Below, piece by piece: positions 14,914 to 23,480 of a stretch of DNA of 35,234 nucleotides; position 1 is the stretch's first letter; each line of letters opens with the position of its first letter. Location of the stretch: positions 1-35,234 of the IMG/VR virus record IMGVR_UViG_3300017766_001184, one strand, 5' to 3'. The stretch comes from a virus (lineage: Duplodnaviria; Caudoviricetes). The position numbers were made by a program, and so were the translations under genes. The notes below the pieces were generated by a model. That model had not been told where the DNA came from. It was given only the letters and a program-made list of their open reading frames with translations, and made no database searches.

Positions 14914-15891
14914 TCAGGCGGCGTAGCCCGGCGAGACGTAGGCGACGCCAGCGGTCGGCGCGTAGGTCACAGGCGCGCGGGTGCCGTGGACGACACCGGG
15001 CCAGTCCGTCGACGCGTTCCAGTTGCCGAGCCCGCCCGACGTGTACACGTTCGTCGTGCGGATCGACGCCGGGGGACGCACCCGCCACAGGATGTACTTC
15101 GCGGCGGTCGTCCCGATGATCTCGACGTTGCGCAGCTCCCACCCGTCCACGACCGGCGACGAGGCCGACGTGTCGTGCGGGTTGAGGAACATCCCCTGGT
15201 AGCCGGTGGTGGCGGTGAAGCCGTCCACGCCCAGCCACGTCGGGCCGTTCCAGCACTGGAGCGCGTCGGCGTGGTTGGCGTCCTTCGTGCCGACGAGCGG
15301 CGAGTCGAGGCGCACGTTCTGCATCTGCACGCGGGCGAGCGGCGCGGACACGTTGACGCCCTCGGACAGCGTGCCCGACGACGACAGGAACGCGACGCCC
15401 TCCAGGTGGACGACGCCGGTCTGCCCGAGGAAGTACGCGGCGCGCTTGACGTAGCCGTTCGCCATGACGCCGGGGCCGGTGCCACCGGAGTAGAACCCGG
15501 CGCCGACGTCGACCTGTCCGCCGATGATGACGACGTTGCGTCCGCCCTCGACGTGCAGGCCGCGGGTGTTCTTCCACGTCCGGCCCGCGATGTCGATGAC
15601 GTAGTCGCGTCCGGCGGCGAGGACGATCTTCCCCTGTCCGTCGGTGGGCTTGACGGCGGTGGGGCTGGTGAGCGTCGGCGGCTTCCACGACAGCGTGCCG
15701 ACGGCAGGCGCCGGCGGGTCCACCGGGGGCGGGGTGACGGCGGTGAGTTCGGCGATGCGGGCCTCGAGCGCGCGGATGGTGCTCGCGTCTGTGAGGTTCT
15801 GCGCCTTCGCTGCCGTGAGGGCCGTCGTCAGCGATGCGACCTCGGCGTCAGCGGCGGCACCGATCGCGGACAGGGACTCGGTGTACGTCAT
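14914..15891 (-). CDS. Pectin-lyase-like right-handed beta-helix protein, putative polysaccharide depolymerase
   Basis: N-terminal coiled coil, PPPVDPPAP linker, then LHVEGGRNVVIIGG, VHLEGV, VQMQNVR, NHADALQ, TTGYQG, WELRNVEI; ATG overlaps the endolysin stop. Confidence 0.7.
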   Translation of the reverse strand: MTYTESLSAIGAAADAEVASLTTALTAAKAQNLTDASTIRALEARIAELTAVTPPPVDPPAPAVGTLSWKPPTLTSPTAVKPTDGQGKIVLAAGRDYVIDIAGRTWKNTRGLHVEGGRNVVIIGGQVDVGAGFYSGGTGPGVMANGYVKRAAYFLGQTGVVHLEGVAFLSSSGTLSEGVNVSAPLARVQMQNVRLDSPLVGTKDANHADALQCWNGPTWLGVDGFTATTGYQGMFLNPHDTSASSPVVDGWELRNVEIIGTTAAKYILWRVRPPASIRTTNVYTSGGLGNWNASTDWPGVVHGTRAPVTYAPTAGVAYVSPGYAA

Positions 15892-16532
15892 GCGGTCGGC
15901 CCCTTGTAGGCGGTAGCGGCGGCGATGATCCAGTTGCCTGCGGGCGTCTTGAGCCACACCCTGCCGAGGCTGTCCCGCTCGGCGGCGACGTACTCGACGG
16001 GGCGCAGGAACCGGCGCGTGCCCTTGCGCTCGGAGCGCTCCGACTTCGCGGCGTAGACGCCGGTCGACGGGAAGCGGGTGACGCGCGTCCACCGGGACAC
16101 GCGGAACGGCACCTGCACCGGGCGCGGGTGGTAGTCCGGGCCACGGTCCGACAGGCCGTTGCGCACGCGGTCGTACTCCGCGACCTGCCACGCCGCACCG
16201 GACGACAGTCCCGGCTGGTCCTTCACGACGAGGTGGATGTGCGGCGCGAACGCGCCGTGCTGCGCGTCGCGGAGCCACGCAGCGCAGTTGCGCCGGCGCA
16301 GTTCGTTGACGAGCGTGAGGGTCCACTGCGTGCTGAGGTTGATGGTGCGGATGTCGGCTGCGCCGTCGCCCGCGTGGGTGCTGCCCGAGACGGCATCGGC
16401 GGGGACGAACGACCCCTTGACGACGGTGCAGCGACCCGACGGGATGCCCGCAGCAGACGCCGCATCCTCGACGAGCGCGAGGACGCGGGGCGACAGCTTC
16501 GCTCCGTTGGCGAGCGTGACGGCAGCCATCAC
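15888..16532 (-). CDS. Endolysin: Zn-peptidase (M15/Hedgehog-like) plus SH3-like wall-binding domain
   Basis: KGS..., SGSTHAGDGAAD (H-x6-D), AAWLR, PHIH; C-terminal VWLKTPAGNWI; lies in the holin cluster. Confidence 0.82.
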   Translation of the reverse strand: MMAAVTLANGAKLSPRVLALVEDAASAAGIPSGRCTVVKGSFVPADAVSGSTHAGDGAADIRTINLSTQWTLTLVNELRRRNCAAWLRDAQHGAFAPHIHLVVKDQPGLSSGAAWQVAEYDRVRNGLSDRGPDYHPRPVQVPFRVSRWTRVTRFPSTGVYAAKSERSERKGTRRFLRPVEYVAAERDSLGRVWLKTPAGNWIIAAATAYKGPTA

Positions 16533-16825
16533 GCGAGCCCGATGCGCTTGGCGTTCCGGGCCATCGCCTCGGCGACGCGGCGAGCGAGGACGTCGGCGGA
16601 CTCGTCCGAGAAGTTGATCGTGATCGTCCCCTCGCTCGGATTGGTGACCGTGTAGCCACCGGAGCGGAAGCCGGGCGGGGTGACGACGCCACCCTTGGCG
16701 AGCGGGATCACGGCCTCGCCTGGCGTGGCGTCGGGCACCTCGGACGTGGTGACGGTCTGGCGGACGAGGCGGTCGAGCTTGTCGTACTCGTTGACGGTGA
16801 CGACGCGGGTAGCCACGTCACTCAC
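16529..16825 (-). CDS. Small protein resembling the tape-measure C-terminus (98 aa)
   Basis: GEAVIPLAKGGVVT...TITINF...VLARRVAEAM compared with tape measure IPMLARGGIVT...PEAVVPL...THLHF...WLADEIKKA. Confidence 0.65.
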   Translation of the reverse strand: MSDVATRVVTVNEYDKLDRLVRQTVTTSEVPDATPGEAVIPLAKGGVVTPPGFRSGGYTVTNPSEGTITINFSDESADVLARRVAEAMARNAKRIGLA

Positions 16826-17039
16826 CCACCGGGCCGAGCGCAGCGGAGTCGGAGTCGCCGAAGCGGGTGGCGATGATCGCCTTGAGCGCGGACAGCGCGG
16901 CGGGGATCGCGGCGACGGCGGCAGCGGTGAGCGCGTCGAGGTCGGTCACGCCGGACACGAGCAGCAGGCCGAGGAACGCCTGCACGTAGGTCCAGAACAC
17001 GCGCTCGGCGGCGTCGAGGAGGAAGGTGCGAGAGAACAT
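16818..17039 (-). CDS. Holin (r1t-like)
   Basis: MFSRTFLLDAAERVFWTYVQAFLG...AALSALK: F..DA.ER...T..Q motif and two TM helices; AAGGAG RBS. Confidence 0.88.
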   Translation of the reverse strand: MFSRTFLLDAAERVFWTYVQAFLGLLLVSGVTDLDALTAAAVAAIPAALSALKAIIATRFGDSDSAALGPVGE

Positions 17040-17044
17040 GGTGG

Positions 17045-17323
17045 TCACTCCTTGCGGTGGGTCTTGCGGCGGTTGGGCTTGACGCGCGGGTGAGGCTTGC
17101 TCGCCTGCTCGGGGTGGGTCATGCGGCGCACGTCGTCGTGGCTGGCGCACATGTCGTCGGGCCACTCGTCCCACTCGACGTCGGGGTTCCAGCCGAGGAC
17201 GCGCTCGACGGCGTCGGGGGTGACGTCCACGAAGGTGCCGGTGTAGCCGCGAGTGAAGGTCACGTTCTGGCCGCGCGTGGCCCCGAGTAGGTGCCACGGC
17301 ATCGTGCAGCGGTCCCGGGTCAC
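17045..17323 (-). CDS. Hypothetical protein (92 aa)
   Basis: GTG overlapping the upstream stop; acidic W-rich middle and basic tail. Confidence 0.55.
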   Translation of the reverse strand: MTRDRCTMPWHLLGATRGQNVTFTRGYTGTFVDVTPDAVERVLGWNPDVEWDEWPDDMCASHDDVRRMTHPEQASKPHPRVKPNRRKTHRKE

Positions 17324-17487
17324 GGCGTGCCCGACGTGTACGTGACGGTGACGACCCCGACGGTGGTGGTCGGCTCGCTTGCGATCCACGCGGGGTTGAG
17401 GCGGTAGAAGCGCGCGAGGCGCTGCTCTCGGGTAAGGGACTCGTCGTCGAGCCAGTCCTGCGGCTCGTCGGGTTCAGCGGTGGTCAT
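17320..17487 (-). CDS. Small hypothetical protein (55 aa)
   Basis: Manually translated MTTAEPDEPQDWLDDESLTREQRLARFYRLNP...; AGGAG RBS. Confidence 0.6.
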   Translation of the reverse strand: MTTAEPDEPQDWLDDESLTREQRLARFYRLNPAWIASEPTTTVGVVTVTYTSGTP

Positions 17488-17529
17488 CGCGTCACTCCTG
17501 GTCGTGGTTGAGGTCGCACCGGGGGCAGA

Positions 17530-17688
17530 TCAGTGCGCCGTGGTGCTGGCGGCGCGCGTGCCCGCAGACGTGGCAGCGGGGCGAATCGTGGGCGGGCGGC
17601 GGCGGCGGTGCTGGTCGTCGTACGGCTCGGTCAACGGCTGCCCGTCGTCCTCGCCGGGGACGTCACGCGGGCCGGTGTAGGGGTCCAC
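17530..17688 (-). CDS. Small hypothetical protein (52 aa)
   Basis: GTG after GGAGGAGG; MDPYTGPRDVPGEDD... Confidence 0.45.
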   Translation of the reverse strand: MDPYTGPRDVPGEDDGQPLTEPYDDQHRRRRPPTIRPAATSAGTRAASTTAH

Positions 17689-17725
17689 GGGCCTCCTCCT
17701 CCACCAGCACAACGGGGACTCCCGG

Positions 17726-18016
17726 TCAGACGTCGAGGCCCGCAGGCCACTCCGGCGGCGGCGGGGGCTGCTGCGAGAAGATGTGCGCCCGCAGCCGGTG
17801 GACGTAGTCAGCCCACGCGCGGTCGCGGCGCTCGAGCTTGGCGATGCGCTGCTCGTTGTCGCTGGCCTTGTCGCGCAGCGCCGCGACCTCCGTCTGCAAC
17901 GCGCCGACGAGGTCCGTGAGGCCCTTCTGCCGGGCTGCGAGGACGGCGGTTCCGATCGTGCCGGCGAGGGCGAGAAGCGCGACGAGGAGATAGACGACGA
18001 CCTGTGCCTCGCTCAC
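17726..18016 (-). CDS. Membrane protein with TM helix and coiled coil (lysis-associated type)
   Basis: VVVYLLVALLALAGTIGTAVL, coiled coil, YVHRLRAHI...PPPPPEWP. Confidence 0.8.
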   Translation of the reverse strand: MSEAQVVVYLLVALLALAGTIGTAVLAARQKGLTDLVGALQTEVAALRDKASDNEQRIAKLERRDRAWADYVHRLRAHIFSQQPPPPPEWPAGLDV

Positions 18017-18537
18017 GAGTTCGCCACCCAACGAGCCTGGAACCACGTGTTGCCGAGGCCCGCGACGGTGGCGAGGTTGCCGCCAGAGGTCTGCGTCATC
18101 GTCACTTCGACGTAGTCGGTGGCGGTGAGCTGCACGTCCACCTCGAGGTCGACGTAGGCGTTCGTTGCGATGACCGACTGAAGGCGGGCGTTGGCGATCG
18201 TCGTGGCGCCGTTCTTCACCAGCGCCAGCGTGCGCGTGCCCGTCGCGTTGGACGCCATGCACACCTGCGCGTAGACGGTGTAGAGCCCCGTCGTGGTCGC
18301 GGTGATGCGGCCCGTGTTCGACGACGTCGAGTGCATCGTGTCGGTGTCGTACGTCTCGGTGTCGAACAGGATGGTCGTGGCGACCCCGGTGGTGCAGGTC
18401 GTCGTCGCAGTCTGATACACGGAGGTCCGGGGCGGCGCGATCAGGAAGGCGACCGCGTCACGGGTGTACGTGTTGTAGTTCGCCGCGGTGATCTTCTCGC
18501 CGACACTCACCGTGTCTGTGGTGGGGACGGTTGCCAC
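18013..18537 (-). CDS. Tail fibre/receptor-binding protein with C1q/TNF-like domain
   Basis: VGEKITAANYN anchor; ILFDTETYDT...RITATTTGLYTVYAQV...LVKNG...LTATDYVEV...Q.SG. Confidence 0.75.
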   Translation of the reverse strand: MATVPTTDTVSVGEKITAANYNTYTRDAVAFLIAPPRTSVYQTATTTCTTGVATTILFDTETYDTDTMHSTSSNTGRITATTTGLYTVYAQVCMASNATGTRTLALVKNGATTIANARLQSVIATNAYVDLEVDVQLTATDYVEVTMTQTSGGNLATVAGLGNTWFQARWVANS

Positions 18538-18560
18538 GGTTCTCCTTGGGCACGACGGGT

Positions 18561-18587
18561 AGCCCCGTCACCGAGCGGTGAGGGGCT
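18561..18587. terminator. Intergenic hairpin
   Basis: AGCCCC-G-TCACC/GGTGA-GGGGCT between the two tail-tip genes. Confidence 0.45.
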
Positions 18588-18600
18588 GCGAGCGGATGGG

Positions 18601-20694
18601 TCAGAGGGCGTAGCGGGCGGCGTCCCACGGCTCGATGGACTCGCCCGCGGAGTGCGAGCGGGCGACCGTGGGCGCGACGCCGCGGGCGGTGATGGTGAGC
18701 GTTCGCGGCGACGTTCCGCCGGCGGGTGCCGACGTGACGGTGACCCGCTCGCCGTTCCAGTCGAAGTCCATCGGGTAGTCGCCCGCTGCCGTCGACAGGG
18801 TCGGCGAGGTGGCCCACGTCAGGACGATGGTGCCCGTCGATGTGGTGCCGACGGCGGTGCCGCTGGTGACGGTGCAGACACCGTCGCCGAACGCGTACCG
18901 CCCGGTGTCGTAGCGCGCCTCGGTCGGTGCGTCGGCGGGCGACAGGTCGAACACAACCTCGTACCCCGTGACGCCGGGGCGCTCGGTCCAACCCTCGACG
19001 TACCCGTCGATGTAGGACACGCCGAAGTACGTCGTGGGCAGGCCCGACAGCCGCAGCCGCTCGCCGGGGGTTACTGCGTAGAACGCGGCATACAGGTCAT
19101 TGCTCGCGGTGGCGAGGTCGACCGTCAGTGACGAGATGCGCGTCGCCTGGTCGCGGCCTCGCGCGATGCGATCCGATGCGACGGCGTGCAAGTCGTTGCG
19201 CTGGTACAGGGCGGTCTGCACTTCGACGTCTGCCGAGCCCACGTCGGTCACGGACGAGTCGACGACCGTTACGGATGCCGATGGCGACGAGCCGGTGGCG
19301 GCACTGACGCGCCCGTCGAGCTGGCGGATCAGGGTCGGCCCTTGCGTGAGGTCGCCCTCCGCGTCGACGGTCAGCGCGACCGTGGTGGGTCGGGCGTCCA
19401 CGTTGGCGAGGGCGATCACGGACTGCGTGGGCGACGTAGACGGGGACGCGTAGGCGATGCCGTGCTGACTGTCCGCCAGTGTCACCAGCGCGTCGAGCGC
19501 GTTGCGGTTGACGAGCGCGGCGGGATCCGAGGGTGAGAACGCCGAGCCCGACCAGTTGACGGACATCTGCAAGCCGCTCGCGGACACCATCGTCGTCAGC
19601 GTTGCGGCGAGGTCGTCGATCGTCCCGATGTTCGGGAGAACCTCGAGCGCGTCGTAGACCGATACGGAACTGTCGCTCACGACAAGGTGTGCGGCGCTCA
19701 TGTCGAGGTCACCGCCAATGCTGACGAACCGCATCGTTCCGCCGTGGCCGAAACCGGCGTCTACCGATGCGCCGTTGTTGACAATGAGCGAGGAGTTGGA
19801 GCCCCCGCCGGCGGTGAGCTGCAAGTAGTGCCAGCCATCTGCCGCGGGGATCGCAGCACTGGAGCCCAGTAGGGCGCCGGCTGAGTAGACGTCGACGACG
19901 AAGCCGGACGCCGACCACGCCACTTTGGACAGCTCGCTGAAACTGTCGCGGCGGTAGTTGCCGATCGTCACAACCTCGCCGTAGGACGAGGACGACACCT
20001 TGACGCAGAGTGTGACGTGAACGGCGCCGCCGCCGTGGACGGAAGCCGGGATGCCCACGCCGGGGTGCCACAGCCCCTTGCCATCGAACAGTTGCACGTA
20101 CGCCTGTGAGCCGTCGAGGGTTTCGTCGGCGCGTGCTTCTATCTTGCCCGAGCCGGGAGTGCGGTCGTAGACGCCGAGCGGGTCACCGATCTCCAGTGGG
20201 TCGAACATGCCGACGTGCTCGTTGATATCGGTCAGGGGGTAGTAGGCCGCCGAGACTGCCGCCTTGTAGTTCTCGATCTGCGAGGCAGCCGGGTACGTCG
20301 TCAGGGTGATGCGCGCGAGGTCGCCGAGCGCATCCACCGCAGCGACGTGCGTCACGGACTGCGACGGCTCGCCCGTCGGGAACGACGGCTCAAGCGACGT
20401 GATCCGGCCCACGAACCGCACGTAGGTCGTCGCCGACTTCGTCACCCGGACACGGATGCGCTTGCCCTCGACGAAGTTCGGGTAGTGCGTCGACGTCGGG
20501 TTGTCCGGGGTGAACCGCCCGTCGGCGTTATCGAGGTCGAGGTCGAGCGTCCCCGGCTGAATCCCCGACGCGGCAGAGTCCCGCCCGACGTGGATCTCGA
20601 TGGAGTCACCCTTGACGAGCGAACCGACATCGGTCCACACGCCGGCGGTGAACTCGATCTCGACGAGGACTGCGGAGGGCAGGCCAGCGGCCAT
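18601..20694 (-). CDS. Large minor tail (tail-tip hub) protein with internal lectin-like domain
   Basis: WTDV...I..GR...PGTLDLDLDNADGRFTPDN..S..YP...RF.G.I, typical of actinophage minor tail proteins; YYPLTD...DGWHY resembles ConA/LamG; follows the tape measure. Confidence 0.82.
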   Translation of the reverse strand: MAAGLPSAVLVEIEFTAGVWTDVGSLVKGDSIEIHVGRDSAASGIQPGTLDLDLDNADGRFTPDNPTSTHYPNFVEGKRIRVRVTKSATTYVRFVGRITSLEPSFPTGEPSQSVTHVAAVDALGDLARITLTTYPAASQIENYKAAVSAAYYPLTDINEHVGMFDPLEIGDPLGVYDRTPGSGKIEARADETLDGSQAYVQLFDGKGLWHPGVGIPASVHGGGAVHVTLCVKVSSSSYGEVVTIGNYRRDSFSELSKVAWSASGFVVDVYSAGALLGSSAAIPAADGWHYLQLTAGGGSNSSLIVNNGASVDAGFGHGGTMRFVSIGGDLDMSAAHLVVSDSSVSVYDALEVLPNIGTIDDLAATLTTMVSASGLQMSVNWSGSAFSPSDPAALVNRNALDALVTLADSQHGIAYASPSTSPTQSVIALANVDARPTTVALTVDAEGDLTQGPTLIRQLDGRVSAATGSSPSASVTVVDSSVTDVGSADVEVQTALYQRNDLHAVASDRIARGRDQATRISSLTVDLATASNDLYAAFYAVTPGERLRLSGLPTTYFGVSYIDGYVEGWTERPGVTGYEVVFDLSPADAPTEARYDTGRYAFGDGVCTVTSGTAVGTTSTGTIVLTWATSPTLSTAAGDYPMDFDWNGERVTVTSAPAGGTSPRTLTITARGVAPTVARSHSAGESIEPWDAARYAL

Positions 20695-20709
20695 GTGGTC
20701 TGTCTCCTG

Positions 20710-22212
20710 TCAGGCGAGGCGGGTACGACCGGACGCGGTCGCCTTCTTGATCTCGTCGGCGAGCCACCGCCCAGCACCGGGACCGGCGACGGGGCCGTGG
20801 AAGTGGAGGTGCGTGCCGCCGCCGTAGCCGCCGCGACCCAGCGGCACGACAGCCTCGGGTCCGGCCTCACCGATGAGCGCGAGAGTCGGGCGCGTGACGA
20901 TGCCGCCGCGTGCCAGCATCGGGATGTCGGGGACGTCGAAGCCCTTGCCGCCCATGCCGGGCACCCAATCGGGCACACCGAACGACAGGCGCCCCACGGT
21001 GCTGTTCCACAGCGACGCGATGCCGTTGAACACCGTCTTGAACGCGCCGTAGATCGTGTCGGCCATGCCGGTGAACACGCCCACGAGGACGCCGACCTTC
21101 TCGCCGATCCAGCCCGCGACCAACTTGAACGCGGTCCACAGCAGCTTGTAGTAGCCGATGATGAAACCGATGACCTTCTTGAGCATCGGCCACGCGGTGT
21201 TCTGGAACCACCCGACGACGGCGGACGCAGCAGCCTTGATGCCAGACCAAGCGCGCTGCACGATGTTACGGAACGTCTCAGAGTTCTTGTACGCCAGGAT
21301 GATCCCCGCGATGAGCGCGGCGATGGCGATAACGACGAGCCCGATCGGGTTGAGCGCCATGACGATGTTGAGTGCGGCCTGCACGATCGTCCACACCTTG
21401 ATCGCGCCGACGATGACAGCGATGCCCGCCGCGAGAGGGAGCAGCCAATCGACGTTCTTACCGATCCACTCGGCCATGCCCTGAATCGCGGGGATGAGCG
21501 TCGTGATGGCGAACGACGCGAGCGACATGAGGGTGGGCAGCAGTGCCTGCCCGATCGTCTCCTGCACCTCGCCGTACTGGTTACCGAGGATCGCAGCCTG
21601 CCCTGCGGCGGACTTGCCTTCCTTCTCGGCGAACCCGCCGACCTTCTCGGACAGCAGCGCCTGAATGGCGACCATGTCCTTGGCCTTGTCGCCCGTGGGC
21701 TTGTAGGCGATGCCGAGTTCCTTGAGCGCCTTCGTGTTACCGAGGAACGCCTTGCCGACCTTGCTTGAGGCGGTGGAGAGGTCCTGCCCCGTCTTGGCGG
21801 CGTAGTCCTGCACCAGCGGGATCATGCTCTCGAGCTGCGACTGGTTCAGCCCGAACTGCGCCAACTGCGCAGCCGCCGCGGCGGTGGCGTCGTCGTCGAA
21901 CCGGGTGACCTTCGCGCGCTCGGTGGCGAGCGTCCGCAGCGCGTCGATGTTGCCGGACGCCAGCGCAGGGAAGCGGGCGTAGGCGTCGCTCAGCTTCGTC
22001 TGCGCGCCCTCGGCCTCGGTGTACGCCTTGACCGAGTCCGCGCCGATCTTCACAGCGGCGGCACCGATCGCAACGGCGGACACGCCCGCGAGGGCGCCCA
22101 TCCCCTGTACGCGCTTGCCGACACCGTCCGCGGCCTTGCCGACCGACTTGAACGCCTTCGATGCGGAGATGTCCTTACCGAGCAACTTGAACGTCATCGA
22201 GAGACTAGCCAC
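20710..22212 (-). CDS. Tape measure protein (500 aa, short)
   Basis: Ala/Gly-rich helical sequence, LNIVMALNPIGLVV.AIAAL...YKNSETFRNIV, aromatic periodicity, C-terminal LARGGIV...GEAGPEAVVPL. Confidence 0.93.
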   Translation of the reverse strand: MASLSMTFKLLGKDISASKAFKSVGKAADGVGKRVQGMGALAGVSAVAIGAAAVKIGADSVKAYTEAEGAQTKLSDAYARFPALASGNIDALRTLATERAKVTRFDDDATAAAAAQLAQFGLNQSQLESMIPLVQDYAAKTGQDLSTASSKVGKAFLGNTKALKELGIAYKPTGDKAKDMVAIQALLSEKVGGFAEKEGKSAAGQAAILGNQYGEVQETIGQALLPTLMSLASFAITTLIPAIQGMAEWIGKNVDWLLPLAAGIAVIVGAIKVWTIVQAALNIVMALNPIGLVVIAIAALIAGIILAYKNSETFRNIVQRAWSGIKAAASAVVGWFQNTAWPMLKKVIGFIIGYYKLLWTAFKLVAGWIGEKVGVLVGVFTGMADTIYGAFKTVFNGIASLWNSTVGRLSFGVPDWVPGMGGKGFDVPDIPMLARGGIVTRPTLALIGEAGPEAVVPLGRGGYGGGTHLHFHGPVAGPGAGRWLADEIKKATASGRTRLA

Positions 22213-22447
22213 GGCGCGACGCCTCCCTGTTCTGTCGGTTGTGCTCGTCGGCGGCGTTGGCGAACGCGACGTAGTGGCGCAGTTCGAGGTCGTACACGTT
22301 CCACGGCGTGATGCCGGGGAACAGGTGGCAGATGGTCAGCAGCCGCGTGGCTAGGTGGCCGTCGAAGTCGTCGAGGCCTTGGAGGTACGACGCGATGCTG
22401 GTGCCTTGCCGCCGGCGCCCGGATCGGAAGCCGACGGCGGGGAAGGG
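22205..22447 (-). CDS. -1 frameshift extension of the tail assembly chaperone (GT-like)
   Basis: Start-less open frame PFPAVGFRSGRRR...LLTICHLFPGITPWNVYDLELRHY... ending at TAG 22205-22207, overlapping the tape measure start. Confidence 0.75.
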   Translation of the reverse strand, partial: PFPAVGFRSGRRRQGTSIASYLQGLDDFDGHLATRLLTICHLFPGITPWNVYDLELRHYVAFANAADEHNRQNREASRRG

Positions 22448-22842
22448 TCCGGCGCCTCCTCGGGCTCCGGCTCCTCGTCGTCCGCGTCGTCGTCACGGAA
22501 CCCGACTTGCAGGATCTCCATGTCGAGGACTTCCTCCCACGACAGGTTGAACTCCTTGCCGTTGAGGCGACGCGACATCCAGATCAACGCGAGAAGCGCC
22601 CGAAGGTGAGGCGGGGACGCGAACAGCGCGAGCCCGCGCTTGTCGCCGTCCGCCGTCTCACCTTCGGGCAGCAGGATCGGCGCGTCGTCATCGTCGAGGG
22701 TGAGACGCTGCAACTCGTCGAGGCGGGTGGCGAGGGACGCGACGCCGACCTTGGCGTACTTCGCCAGGTCGAGGGCGTGCCTGCCCGTGATGCGCTCGAG
22801 GGCGGCACCCTCGTACTCGGTGCCGTCGATGATGAACTTCAT
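22351..22842 (-). CDS. Tail assembly chaperone (G-like)
   Basis: MKFIIDGTEY...ALIWMSRRLNG...DDDADDEEPEPEEAPDP; lies just upstream of the tape measure. Confidence 0.82.
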   Translation of the reverse strand: MKFIIDGTEYEGAALERITGRHALDLAKYAKVGVASLATRLDELQRLTLDDDDAPILLPEGETADGDKRGLALFASPPHLRALLALIWMSRRLNGKEFNLSWEEVLDMEILQVGFRDDDADDEEPEPEEAPDPSPPSASDPGAGGKAPASRRTSKASTTSTAT

Positions 22843-22871
22843 GTTGTGCCCCTGTGGTCGAGGGTGTGTGG

Positions 22872-23480
22872 TCAGACCTGCTTGGAGAACTTGTCCATTG
22901 CCGCGCGGATCTGGCGCATCATGGCGTCGCGGCGGGCCAGGATCTCCGCACCGAAGTACGGGTTGCCCGCCTGGTAGACCCACTTGCCGTTGCCGAACAC
23001 CTGATGGCGGAACAGCTTCGACGAGTTGTAGGCCTTGACCATCGGCTTCTGCGCAGCCGGCACCTTGCCCGCATTGGCGCGGATGGTGACCTGCGCCGTC
23101 TTGCTCTTGGCCGTGGGGATGGTGGCGGCGATGCTGTTGGCGATGGCCTTGCGGGTGCCGCGCGAGCGGGTGCGGGTGGCGTCCTCGCGGGCGTTGTACC
23201 CCGAGATCACCGACTGCGTGCGGATGCTGCCGTCCTTGCGCTTCGTGAACTTGAGGCCACGCTTGAGGCTGCCCACCTTCTCGGGCGGCGGCTCCAGCAC
23301 CTTGTCCTTCGCCGCTGCAACAACGTCGTCCGATGCGGCCTTGAGCGCCTTGCGGAGCGCGGCATACATCTTCTTGTCGGCGACCTGTAGCCGCTTGACG
23401 ATGTCGCCGAGCTCGGATGCGTCGATGCGGATGGTCTCGTCAGCCCCGCCCTTGCGGGACGCCGCCGACGGGCGAGCCAC
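22872..23480 (-). CDS. HK97 gp10-like neck/tail completion protein
   Basis: Basic protein with LRKALK.A...AIANSI...FRHQVFGN..WV.Q...PYF; located in the tail module. Confidence 0.65.
   Translation of the reverse strand: MARPSAASRKGGADETIRIDASELGDIVKRLQVADKKMYAALRKALKAASDDVVAAAKDKVLEPPPEKVGSLKRGLKFTKRKDGSIRTQSVISGYNAREDATRTRSRGTRKAIANSIAATIPTAKSKTAQVTIRANAGKVPAAQKPMVKAYNSSKLFRHQVFGNGKWVYQAGNPYFGAEILARRDAMMRQIRAAMDKFSKQV

Noticed and set aside
12214-18537. Invertase-driven tail-fibre switching (Gin/Cin-like)
   Set aside because: There is no inverted alternative fibre segment or flanking inverted repeat near the tail-tip genes, and the recombinase is 5 kb away.
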